Shown here: positions 37,577 to 46,331 of the stretch, piece by piece
How positions within the stretch are numbered: position 1 is the first letter of the stretch
Layout of the letters: every line of letters begins with the position of its first letter
Source: a virus
Taxonomy: Duplodnaviria; Caudoviricetes
Direction: 5' to 3' (one strand)
DNA length: 61,277 nt
IMG/VR virus record: IMGVR_UViG_3300027533_000023
Coordinates: 1-61,277 of that record
Translations under genes and position numbers: made by a program
Notes under the pieces: generated by a model
Database searches by the model: none
What the model was told of the DNA's origin: nothing
What the model saw: only the letters and a program-made list of their open reading frames with translations

Positions 37577-37732
37577 TTATTTAACTGCTATATAATATTT
37601 TTTATACTCAGCTGGGAGAGCCTTAAACTCGGCTTCAGTCAGATAATTAGAAATTCCGAAAGTTGGAGCTTTAATATTATCGCTGATAATAACCTGAAAA
37701 GGGAGAACGTACTTGATAGTTGACTGTGACAT
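37577..37732 (-). CDS. Small hypothetical protein (51 aa, not in ORF track)
   Basis: AAACCTTTTAT-ATG start right after the promoter. Confidence 0.5.
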   Translation of the reverse strand: MSQSTIKYVLPFQVIISDNIKAPTFGISNYLTEAEFKALPAEYKKYYIAVK

Positions 37733-37757
37733 ATAAAAGGTTTTTGTGTTTGAAAAA

Positions 37758-37790
37758 CAAAGATAATATAATTATTTATACTAACCTAAT
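37758..37790 (-). promoter_or_regulatory. Phage promoter ATTAGGTTAGTATA-N11-TATCTTTG
   Basis: Repeated motif with a consensus Bacteroidota -7 box. Confidence 0.8.
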
Positions 37791-37828
37791 TTTTTATAAT
37801 AAATCTTAAAATTATTTTTACAGGCACT

Positions 37829-37854
37829 AAAAAAGCCGCCTAATCAGGGCGGCT
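37829..37854 (-). terminator. Intrinsic terminator ending the head/lysis operon
   Basis: AGCCGCC-CTGATTA-GGCGGCT followed by a T-run. Confidence 0.85.
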
Positions 37855-37882
37855 ATATGCTTAAACAGAAACCAAAAAAAGG

Positions 37883-38950
37883 CTACTTATACGGCCCCTT
37901 TGTAATAGTTACAGCTATAGCAAAATCAATAGTTATCAGGAACTGGTTAGAGACGTTTTTGCGGATATACAAATTTACGATACTATCCCCAGATGCAGCT
38001 TTTATTCTCTCAGTAGAACTATCTACGTAAGTAATAAGAACGGAACAGTTTGCCCCTGGTGCTATATTAAAATCCTTTATTAAGATATTTTGCGGTACCT
38101 CTACCGGGTATTCTGGCATTGTAGTAGCTCCGTAAACCAAAGTCGGATCCTTATAAATACTCGTCCGTGGGTTTGCCAGCATCCACTGAAAGATATTCAT
38201 CTTTATATCAGGGTTGCCGCTTGTCAGCTGCCCAGTTGTGATAATCTTGAAATTACCTCCTGAGTAGTACATTGGTCTGGAGGTAATTCTGTTAAGTACC
38301 GCATTGTGAGAAGTAGCGCAATCCCACTCTGTATTAGGGAAAACGCTTTTAAGAACATGAGCATCAGCATCTATTGCCTTAACACTGGAATACATAGTAG
38401 TAATTACATCCGGAGTTGTATTACTACAAAGGTCATTAACTGCTGTTACCCCCCATACCTTTACTTCATTAGTTACTAATATTTGCCACAGTGTAGGATC
38501 ATCATCGTCAGCGAAAGATAAGAAATTACCGCTAGCACTCATTATCCATCCTGCTATTTGAGACGCGAAAGTATTATCCGTAAAAGCATATCTTCCAGCT
38601 CCATAACTACCAAGAGAGTGACCTAATACCCATATCTTATTCGTTAGCCCTAAGGCTGCATATTTCTTCTTTGCCCACGATAAGCCAAACTGGTATTCCT
38701 GAAGCTCATAGTTATTATTAGTATTGATAAAAACAAGTATAAACCCATATATATCAGCTCCAGCTTTTAGACCTCCCCACCCTGGCCATCCAGACGATTC
38801 TTTACACCCAGCAAGATCGCCGATATTACGCTCACCAATACCATGGCCAACAATTATTACCCCCTTAGGAGTTACCGAAGGATATACTTCAGTAAGTCCT
38901 TTAGTTTGATCTGGTGTTTTATTCTTATAGTAGTACGTAGTAGTAGCCAT
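37883..38950 (-). CDS. Alpha/beta-hydrolase (esterase/peptidase-like)
   Basis: HGIGE oxyanion motif, GHSLG nucleophile elbow, later D and H candidates. Confidence 0.75.
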   Translation of the reverse strand: MATTTYYYKNKTPDQTKGLTEVYPSVTPKGVIIVGHGIGERNIGDLAGCKESSGWPGWGGLKAGADIYGFILVFINTNNNYELQEYQFGLSWAKKKYAALGLTNKIWVLGHSLGSYGAGRYAFTDNTFASQIAGWIMSASGNFLSFADDDDPTLWQILVTNEVKVWGVTAVNDLCSNTTPDVITTMYSSVKAIDADAHVLKSVFPNTEWDCATSHNAVLNRITSRPMYYSGGNFKIITTGQLTSGNPDIKMNIFQWMLANPRTSIYKDPTLVYGATTMPEYPVEVPQNILIKDFNIAPGANCSVLITYVDSSTERIKAASGDSIVNLYIRKNVSNQFLITIDFAIAVTITKGPYK

Positions 38951-38952
38951 AA

Positions 38953-39504
38953 TTATATAGTTGAACGTGGGTGAATAAATCCTAAAAAGTTTAATCCTTT
39001 TGGCGACGGAGGATTGCCGTATGATCTTATCTTTCGAGCTACAATATAACCCTCTCGCCCACCTTCATCATTCGTATTGCCGTCTACTGTCCTGACTTTC
39101 TTATCTTCTAAAGTTTCCACAACAATACAGCCGTGCCCTTCCCACTTTTTTGGGTCTACTCCATGCTTAAAGCACATAATTGCTCCGACTTCTGGGGTAT
39201 TATTAACCTCCCATCCTTCAGCACCTTTGAAATTATAGTATGTACTTAAGGCAGACGCGCTGATCAGTTTGTCGATTGCTACAAACAGTGGGTGAGTTTT
39301 GCCGTACGCTTCCTTCCAGACAAGCTCACAGAAGTAAAGGCACCACGAGTGGGTAGTTTGAAAACCCATTGCAACCATCTTCTTTTGGAACTCTGGGTTA
39401 GTAAATCCTTTATTACCTGGTATCTCTGTCTGCCCGATATAGGTCTGAGCTAGCTGACCGATCTTTTCTCCGAGAGTAGTTACTGGGGTTGTTCCTAATA
39501 TCAT
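38953..39504 (-). CDS. Endolysin, CHAP domain
   Basis: SWCLYFC catalytic Cys, GHGCIV His, TVDGNTN. Confidence 0.88.
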   Translation of the reverse strand: MILGTTPVTTLGEKIGQLAQTYIGQTEIPGNKGFTNPEFQKKMVAMGFQTTHSWCLYFCELVWKEAYGKTHPLFVAIDKLISASALSTYYNFKGAEGWEVNNTPEVGAIMCFKHGVDPKKWEGHGCIVVETLEDKKVRTVDGNTNDEGGREGYIVARKIRSYGNPPSPKGLNFLGFIHPRSTI

Positions 39505-39854
39505 TTTTTAATATCTTTTAGTGCCGCTTCGTAGGCGAGATGCCAATTAACCTGTTCCTTTAGTTTATCAATTTCCGCCTCTAATACATCTAACTCTTCA
39601 TCGAAATCTTTTTGCATCTTCTCATAATCACTTTTATTAGTACTATACTGGCGGGTAACCTGTTCTTTAAGTTCCTTATGTGCCGATGTATTAGCGTCAA
39701 TCTGAATCCACGTTTTTGAGCCAGCGAAGATGATACCGATAAAGCTAAGAGCACCGATAACAATTTTAGCTAATGGCTCAATAGACTTTGTCGCCCGTGA
39801 GATTTCACCTTCAGGTGCGTTTGGTTGGTTTACTATAACAGCCTTATTGTCCAT
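39501..39854 (-). CDS. Single-TM coiled-coil protein (lysis accessory)
   Basis: IVIGALSFIGIIFAG TM followed by coiled coil. Confidence 0.55.
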   Translation of the reverse strand: MDNKAVIVNQPNAPEGEISRATKSIEPLAKIVIGALSFIGIIFAGSKTWIQIDANTSAHKELKEQVTRQYSTNKSDYEKMQKDFDEELDVLEAEIDKLKEQVNWHLAYEAALKDIKK

Positions 39855-39856
39855 AA

Positions 39857-40441
39857 CTAAACTTTTAGCTTACCAACACCATATCCTATCGCTCCAAGTA
39901 ATAACCCTCCAGCTATAACCCACCCAATCGCTGCACCGCGCTTTTTAGACTTCGCTACGGCTTTATCTTTCTCTTCCGTTAACTTAGCTTGTTCTGCTGC
40001 ACATACCCGTAATTGCGTCTCTAATTGGCTTACAATACGTGTATCGGTAACTCGTACCTCCTTAGTAATAGTTTCTTTTATTGTCGGTGGGCGGTATTTT
40101 CTTAAAAAGTTCCGGATAATCTTAATAGAATCAGCTGGCTTAGTTATATAAACTACAGAATCTGAACCTATAAAATTAGCGGAGGTATCGTCTGCTTCAT
40201 AAAGCTCAATTAATCCGGTTAGTATAGAATCATAAGACGCTACCATACTAGTATACGCAGCACTATCGACAGTAGAACTTAATAGAGCGGCAGTATCTAC
40301 CTTAAACGGGTACTGGCTTAAGCATTTCTGGCTGAGCAGCACACTTTCCTTCTGGTCTACAAAAGGATCAGCTGCTACCTTCTGGTACGCCTTATAGGTA
40401 GAACAGCTAACGAAGATGAGTAATAGGGGTAAATATTTCAT
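39857..40441 (-). CDS. Spanin, unimolecular topology
   Basis: N-terminal lipobox LIFVS-C and C-terminal TM AAIGWVIAGGLLLGAIGYGV. Confidence 0.7.
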   Translation of the reverse strand: MKYLPLLLIFVSCSTYKAYQKVAADPFVDQKESVLLSQKCLSQYPFKVDTAALLSSTVDSAAYTSMVASYDSILTGLIELYEADDTSANFIGSDSVVYITKPADSIKIIRNFLRKYRPPTIKETITKEVRVTDTRIVSQLETQLRVCAAEQAKLTEEKDKAVAKSKKRGAAIGWVIAGGLLLGAIGYGVGKLKV

Positions 40442-40737
40442 TTAACTACTGTTGGCGGCGTTACATCGGTAATGTCAATGCCGAATAATTTACTTATAGC
40501 ATGTACCAAACCAGTGGCCATACCCGCATAGGAAAGTATCTGTACCTTTATATGATCCGGAATAGTAGGTACGTTGATAATAACGATATTTACTACTACT
40601 GCCGCGTATAGTACGACACGGAAAACATTTTTCGCTAGCTGCGGTGTAGGATTAGTAATTTGCCCAATACCAAATTTAACCGAACCAGTTGCCTGCGTAA
40701 CGGTTGCTGGAGTAGATGTTGAAGAACCTGTTGCCAT
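40438..40737 (-). CDS. Holin (putative)
   Basis: 99 aa, two TM helices, in lysis cassette. Confidence 0.65.
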   Translation of the reverse strand: MATGSSTSTPATVTQATGSVKFGIGQITNPTPQLAKNVFRVVLYAAVVVNIVIINVPTIPDHIKVQILSYAGMATGLVHAISKLFGIDITDVTPPTVVK

Positions 40738-40748
40738 AATGTTTGAGT

Positions 40749-41009
40749 TTAAGATTTCTTTTCTAATAAATATTGCATTAAAAATTCTGCTCTTTTCTTT
40801 GCCTCTTCAGCTGCCAGTAAGTTATTCTTAATGTTATTTTCGTTTGTTGATACCCTATTTTTTAAATCGTTTATTTCTTTTTGTACGTCCTCTGTAATAG
40901 TTTTCTTTAAACTATCTCTCATCGCCCTAAACGCCCACAGCAATAGTCCACCTATCACTGTCATACACGCTGGTATGAATATTTCCCATGGTACGTTTTT
41001 CATTTCCAA
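40749..41009 (-). CDS. Single-TM coiled-coil protein (holin/antiholin-like)
   Basis: IFIPACMTVIGGLLLWAF TM followed by coiled coil. Confidence 0.55.
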   Translation of the reverse strand: MEMKNVPWEIFIPACMTVIGGLLLWAFRAMRDSLKKTITEDVQKEINDLKNRVSTNENNIKNNLLAAEEAKKRAEFLMQYLLEKKS

Positions 41010-41012
41010 AAC

Positions 41013-41473
41013 CTAGCTTTTAAGGAACTCTTGTGCCTTAACAACGAATTCCATATTGTGTTTAATATTTCCTAAGCACTGTACAACTACCTTTACTAAT
41101 TCATGCATCGCCTCCGGCATATTCTTATCCACATAGCCCTCTGGCCGAAACTTGATAATCTGTTTTAATGTTGGTGGGTGGTTAGTCCCAGAATAGAATA
41201 CAATCTGGATTTCTGGGAACATACTTCTTAATATCTCCATTACATCTAAACCCTGTAACTGAGAGCCTTCGAGCTTTTCATCTATAATACACAGGTGGAC
41301 ATTAATATTCAGCGAATCAATAAAAAGCTGGCTGTCAGTATAGAACTCCACGTTTGGTAGCCCGTGATTACAAAAACCTGCCGAAGTAATTCATTCATAT
41401 CCTTATCATCATCCAATACCCTTGTATTTAGACCAGTAAAAACATTTACTTTGTTAGTAATAACGTCAGTCAT
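41013..41473 (-). CDS. Stand-alone CheY-like receiver domain split by a -1 frameshift
   Basis: Frame 0 from ATG 41473 gives RVLDDD; the -1 frame gives CIIDEKL (phospho-Asp), FYSG and YVDK; junction at G GTT TTT (41378-41372). Confidence 0.8.
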
Positions 41474-41506
41474 TCATCAAAATTTTACGGTTAAATAATA
41501 ACCGAT

Positions 41507-43159
41507 TTAGGGTGATGGGGTATAACTTGTTCCTGTTGTCATAGCTCTCCACGTAGATCCGTCGCTAACTGCAGCAACAACTTCGTTTTGAGCTAATGTT
41601 GCTTTTCCTGTTATATTAAACAAGGTTGCGTTACTAGCATTTAAATTTTTAATATTAATTGTTACGTTTACGTTTGAAGATGCCGAACCCATTGTTAGCA
41701 CCATCGGGCTGTTATTAAGCAAAAGCCAGCCCTCTATATCTGCAGCAACTGTAGTATACGTTGCCTGAGCTACTGTACGGGTAACTTTAGGAACAGCCTC
41801 GTTTACACATTTTATATTAGCAGGTAAAGCGTCTCTGGTAGCCTTAGCGAGATTAGGGCGTACCTCCATATTGATAACTCCGTTCCCATCTATCTTACCC
41901 CTGTTCCCGACATAGGCTATACTGCCTGGGCCAAGCCACACATGCTGATCTATCGTTCCGTCAATACCCATCCCGCCAGTCATCCACTGAGTAGCTAATA
42001 CCCCTAATCCTGTCCATCTCGGGCCGCGGACGTAGTTAGGAGAAACGCTCCTACATACTATTGCCAGTGCAGGATTACCTAGTAAGCCAGTAGTAACGCC
42101 ACCCTCCTGGATAATCTCAAACTCGGTTTCTGTAATGTCCCCGTTAGCTTGTACGATACTATCTACAAGCTCAGACATGAACTTAAACTTGTTAGACCTA
42201 AATGCTCCGTTATATATCTCTCCGTTAGGTGCAGCGCTACTGTAACCGTCTATCTTCAGGCACAGCCCACCGGTTATTCGACCAGTGCCGTTATCCCATC
42301 CTGTAAATACATTTTTATCGCACCATCCTACCCCGTCGGTACTTCTTAAAGAGATACCGATTGAGTTATTATGAAAGCGCATAAAAGCGATTGTATTTTC
42401 CTGTGATCCCCCACCGCCTCCACCTAAGATTTCTACTGCTTTAAAAAAACCTTCTATCCACTTTACCTTAACGTGCATATTATTCACATTAATACTGATC
42501 GTTATTCCTACACCAGTGAAAGATGACCACTGTGGTGACGTTCCGTTTGCCCTTGTTACTGCACTATTAGATGGGATATTTACCCTGCCTATCAGCTTAC
42601 CTGTTATGATAACACTATGCGCGCGGTCTTGCCCTCCTGCACTATTAAAAACAAGATAATTACCTCCGTTAGTATAGACATTTCCAACCTGTATATAAAT
42701 AACGTCTTTTGTGTCTATTGTAATACAACCTTCAACTAGCCAGTTCCCTGGACCGACGAACATAATACCACCTCTCGGTACAGCTGAAAGACAGGCTAAA
42801 AACGCTGCTCGTTGGTTAGTACCTGTTACTGTAGAACCGCTTAACGGAACGCTTACATTAGGCACAGCACCGTAGTCGCGGACGTTATAGACTTCCATCT
42901 TATTTCCTGATCCTAGCTCAAGCCCTGCGATAGCGTTCTGCAGATAGTATTCTGTAATGAGATTAGTAAGAGCATTACTACCGTTTGCGCTATCTACTAT
43001 CCCAACAACTCTTTTAGTAGTTCCTGGCGTTCCGTTAGTAAGTGTAAACCCAGTAAAGTATCCTTCTTTAACTACCCCTGCACCTATGATAACTATTAGA
43101 ATTAACGCACCAAATTTTCGTTTCCAAAGCCATGAGGCTATATTAATAACTCGGTTCAT
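41507..43159 (-). CDS. Tailspike-like beta-helix protein (pectate-lyase-3-like N-motif) with N-terminal hydrophobic segment
   Basis: VYNVRDYGAV...AAFLAC...GPGNW motif; fibre-type C-terminus SDGSTWR. Confidence 0.75.
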   Translation of the reverse strand: MNRVINIASWLWKRKFGALILIVIIGAGVVKEGYFTGFTLTNGTPGTTKRVVGIVDSANGSNALTNLITEYYLQNAIAGLELGSGNKMEVYNVRDYGAVPNVSVPLSGSTVTGTNQRAAFLACLSAVPRGGIMFVGPGNWLVEGCITIDTKDVIYIQVGNVYTNGGNYLVFNSAGGQDRAHSVIITGKLIGRVNIPSNSAVTRANGTSPQWSSFTGVGITISINVNNMHVKVKWIEGFFKAVEILGGGGGGSQENTIAFMRFHNNSIGISLRSTDGVGWCDKNVFTGWDNGTGRITGGLCLKIDGYSSAAPNGEIYNGAFRSNKFKFMSELVDSIVQANGDITETEFEIIQEGGVTTGLLGNPALAIVCRSVSPNYVRGPRWTGLGVLATQWMTGGMGIDGTIDQHVWLGPGSIAYVGNRGKIDGNGVINMEVRPNLAKATRDALPANIKCVNEAVPKVTRTVAQATYTTVAADIEGWLLLNNSPMVLTMGSASSNVNVTINIKNLNASNATLFNITGKATLAQNEVVAAVSDGSTWRAMTTGTSYTPSP

Positions 43160-44079
43160 TCGTGTATAGGTTTATAGATGATGCGTATCTCGGTAGAAGA
43201 TGTTACCCCAGAGAATTGTACAGGTGTAGATGCGTCCAGGTAAGCTCCAACGTCAAAGATGACAAAGTCAGCAGCAGCTGTTACAGGTGTAGCTGGAAAA
43301 TATTTATCATCATCAGCAGCTATACCTATTTTAAAGGCTAAGAGGCTACTGACTGGGCGTACTAATATATAATCAATCATCGACTCCATACTGACTGTTA
43401 TTGTAGCTGTACCTGATAGAGTACCACTGACAGTATTCAGTTCCTCTGATCCGCTGATACCATTGATAGTAAATGTTGAATCTGTAACTGTAAAGGTGAT
43501 ATTCGCACCTTCAATAAATTTAAGCGCAGTATATAAGCTATCATTAACCTTTATAATTATCGAATCGCCAATAGAGCTAGTATGCTGGATTTGAGTTTTA
43601 CCTGCAGTACTCCCGATTGGCCAGTTAATTAGAATAGAATCTATACGGTTACCAAGAGAATCTGTTGTCTCACGGGTAGGTATCAGTGTAAGATTTACTC
43701 GTCGCTTATCTGCTACCGATCCATCGCCGATAATAGTAGAATCGTCAAATGCGTTATTTAGGAGAGCTACCGTCTCATCAATCATTTCCTGTACTTCTGA
43801 TTCACTTAAGCCAGAGGAACCAGCACCGACAGAAAAAGTATCTAACCCAATAACTAATGTGGTATCGTTAATCTTATACGGTCTCAGGAATTTTGTTTTA
43901 CCACCGCCGTAGTTAGTAAGTAAACCGCCTGTAGTATCCTTCGTTCGATTAAGCAGAACAAGCTCTCCATAACCGTTATTCTTATAGATTTTTACGGTAT
44001 CAGCTCTTAGCTGAAGTACACTTTGGCCAGTAGCACTCAGGGTGCCAACTAGCAGGGCAAATAGGAGTATTTTTCTCAT
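43156..44079 (-). CDS. Structural/decoration-like protein with signal peptide (start revised to 44079)
   Basis: MRKILLFALLVGTLSATG-Q signal peptide; the ORF-track start overlaps the upstream gene and terminator. Confidence 0.65.
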   Translation of the reverse strand: MRKILLFALLVGTLSATGQSVLQLRADTVKIYKNNGYGELVLLNRTKDTTGGLLTNYGGGKTKFLRPYKINDTTLVIGLDTFSVGAGSSGLSESEVQEMIDETVALLNNAFDDSTIIGDGSVADKRRVNLTLIPTRETTDSLGNRIDSILINWPIGSTAGKTQIQHTSSIGDSIIIKVNDSLYTALKFIEGANITFTVTDSTFTINGISGSEELNTVSGTLSGTATITVSMESMIDYILVRPVSSLLAFKIGIAADDDKYFPATPVTAAADFVIFDVGAYLDASTPVQFSGVTSSTEIRIIYKPIHE

Positions 44080-44082
44080 AAT

Positions 44083-44111
44083 AAAAAGCCGGAAGTTATT
44101 AGCCTCCGGCT
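44083..44111 (-). terminator. Intrinsic terminator after tail tube gene
   Basis: AGCCGGA...TCCGGCT followed by a T-run. Confidence 0.65.
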
Positions 44112-44117
44112 CGTTTT

Positions 44118-44660
44118 TTAAGCTACTGTGAAACATTCGCCAAAGATGCCGGCAGGGATATCACCAGGCGTAACCAAGTCTGGTCCAGCCCACTTAACGG
44201 TAACATCCCACACCACATCGTCTGTCAAGTTTTCAGTGATCGGGTTTTTCGGGATAACGCTCACCGCATCGTCGCTCATGTGCAGCTGACTAGAGGTAAC
44301 GAACGCTACTCGGAACGCTCGGCTATTTTTTAGCGCGTTGTAATAGTCTCCATTCTGTTTGTAGTTCGGATCTTTGAAGTTCAGTACGAAGTTATAGCCA
44401 GTCAGGTTAGTAGACTGACGTCCGTAACCTGCACTTTCTACTTCGCTACCTCCATCAAAACTACCCAGAACTTCAGGGATGAGGATAATATCCTCTGCGT
44501 TCAAGCCCGTCTGCCACTCTGTTGGGTCAGTCGGATCTACAAACTCAAAACTTGTGCGGATAAAGGCGATACCACTCACCCTGGCTTTTTCTTTGGCCTC
44601 GCAAGGATCGCAAAGATGAGCCGGAACAAGTACGTCGCAACCGCTCGGGTAATAAATCAT
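44118..44660 (-). CDS. Major tail (tube) protein (putative)
   Basis: 180 aa acidic beta-rich protein after the neck genes, followed by a terminator. Confidence 0.65.
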   Translation of the reverse strand: MIYYPSGCDVLVPAHLCDPCEAKEKARVSGIAFIRTSFEFVDPTDPTEWQTGLNAEDIILIPEVLGSFDGGSEVESAGYGRQSTNLTGYNFVLNFKDPNYKQNGDYYNALKNSRAFRVAFVTSSQLHMSDDAVSVIPKNPITENLTDDVVWDVTVKWAGPDLVTPGDIPAGIFGECFTVA

Positions 44661-44672
44661 GTTTAACTTTTT

Positions 44673-45239
44673 TTAATTTGTTTCTTCAGGACAATTAATG
44701 AAGCAATCTTTTTCGAAGGCTGCTTCCACGGTGTAATTAATCTGGAAAAGGTTATGCTCAGGCGGTAGTCTATAGCTCTCGCTATATTCCTGTGCCCAAA
44801 CAGTTTCATCATTCAGGACTGCACTAGTAATTTGAAAAATAATTTGTTTATACGGTTCTAAGGTCTGCCCGTTTTGTTGTAATAGGATATTAGGAATAGA
44901 GGCTTGCAGGTAGGTAAATAATTCATCTACAGTCCAGGCTAGTCTCTTACGGTTTAAGAAAATAATCATCTGGCACCCGTAGCTATTAACGATAACACCT
45001 AAGCCCCTACCGTAGCCCTCTTTTGCTTTATAACTAACGTTTAAGGTATTTAGCTTATGATATAAGATAACGCTGTATTTATCGTCTACAGCGACGCTCA
45101 TACCTTCCTTAATCCCATATACTACTGGTTGTTTCTTTTCACTTCTTAACGCACTGATAGCGACGCCGTTTATAGAGGAACCAGTTATTACTGGAATCTT
45201 CTTATTGATCTCGGTTATAATATCGTTAATCGAAGGCAT
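44673..45239 (-). CDS. Tail terminator/neck protein (putative)
   Basis: Synteny. Confidence 0.55.
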   Translation of the reverse strand: MPSINDIITEINKKIPVITGSSINGVAISALRSEKKQPVVYGIKEGMSVAVDDKYSVILYHKLNTLNVSYKAKEGYGRGLGVIVNSYGCQMIIFLNRKRLAWTVDELFTYLQASIPNILLQQNGQTLEPYKQIIFQITSAVLNDETVWAQEYSESYRLPPEHNLFQINYTVEAAFEKDCFINCPEETN

Positions 45240-45774
45240 CGTGTACTAATTGTGTTAAGCGTGCGCCAGCCTGCTCTCTTTCCTGCTCTGTAAGGGCGAA
45301 AATCTTTTTAGTATAGGTTTCTTCTACCCATCCTGCCTTGTCGGAATTATGGCTATTTAAAAAGCCTATACCGTAACCTTTAGAAGTAGCTATCACTGAC
45401 CAGTCGTTTTCCAGTTGTCTTGTCAGGCTAACTACCACCCGCGTATCCCCGCTTCGGTTATACTTAGGACGAGCCTTACCTGCGTTAGCACCTCTGGTAG
45501 TCGTTCCGGAATCTTTAGTCTTTCCTTTATTAGCTCCTTTAGTTACTTTCGCTGAATTACCGTACTGTCCTGTACGGACTTTCATATAACTCTCTGAGTA
45601 AGTTCCTATCTGCGCTCCTTTACTGTCCATCCCTTTCTGGTGGATCCGCTCAGTCATGACAGGGATCATCTCTACTGCTAACGGTCTTAATAAATACTCC
45701 TTATCAGTGAGCATATTCATCTTTTTAGCTAAGCTGGCCATTACCTGACTGATATTTGTCTTTATCGTTATCAT
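45226..45774 (-). CDS. Tail completion / virion morphogenesis protein
   Basis: RIHQKGMDSKG...IGTYS...VVSLTRQL...IFALTEQE pattern; synteny. Confidence 0.65.
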   Translation of the reverse strand: MITIKTNISQVMASLAKKMNMLTDKEYLLRPLAVEMIPVMTERIHQKGMDSKGAQIGTYSESYMKVRTGQYGNSAKVTKGANKGKTKDSGTTTRGANAGKARPKYNRSGDTRVVVSLTRQLENDWSVIATSKGYGIGFLNSHNSDKAGWVEETYTKKIFALTEQEREQAGARLTQLVHDAFD

Positions 45775-46292
45775 GGTAGATATACTACACTCTCAGGGTT
45801 CCCGCCACCGCAACATAGTTCGCAGCTTGTAACATCCAGGAGCAGTACAGCTTGTTTTAAAAAGGTTTCATATTCCGTCTGATATAGTTCTTTAAGCTCC
45901 TTAGCATCTTCTCGGTTTACAGTAGTGTACTTATTCAGGCGTGAAGTATATAGCCTTTCGAACATAATATACACCCCTAAGAGGTACATCCACGCGCTAG
46001 TGAGTAGCTCCATATTATCCTCATCACAAATGATAGCTTCGTAGTCACACTCCTTATCTATCTGGTAACAGCCGTTTATAGAAGTTTTGATATCTAACTG
46101 GAAACGGATAGCAGCATTACGCTGTACATCTGCCCACACACCTTCCCAGTCTTGCTGTTCATCCTCAGATAGTGCGTCTATATTCTCCCACGTAATGCCG
46201 AAAAGAGTATTAATATACTGTCCGCTGGGGCTGCTGTTATAGACCCCTACGCAGTTATTAAGACCAACATAATCCATGTAGCAGCTTAGCAT
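45771..46292 (-). CDS. Head-tail adaptor (putative)
   Basis: Directly after the major capsid gene; helical. Confidence 0.6.
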   Translation of the reverse strand: MLSCYMDYVGLNNCVGVYNSSPSGQYINTLFGITWENIDALSEDEQQDWEGVWADVQRNAAIRFQLDIKTSINGCYQIDKECDYEAIICDEDNMELLTSAWMYLLGVYIMFERLYTSRLNKYTTVNREDAKELKELYQTEYETFLKQAVLLLDVTSCELCCGGGNPESVVYLP

Positions 46293-46327
46293 AAAAAAAA
46301 ATTTATAGGGAGTTTTTAGGCTCCCTA
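46293..46327 (-). terminator. Terminator/attenuator after major capsid gene
   Basis: TAGGGAG-CCTAAAAA-CTCCCTA followed by a T-run. Confidence 0.65.
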
Positions 46328-46331
46328 ATGA

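Noticed and set aside
41013-41351. 112-aa ORF as a complete gene from GTG
   Set aside because: Lacks the first strand and acidic pocket of the receiver fold, which lie in the upstream frame
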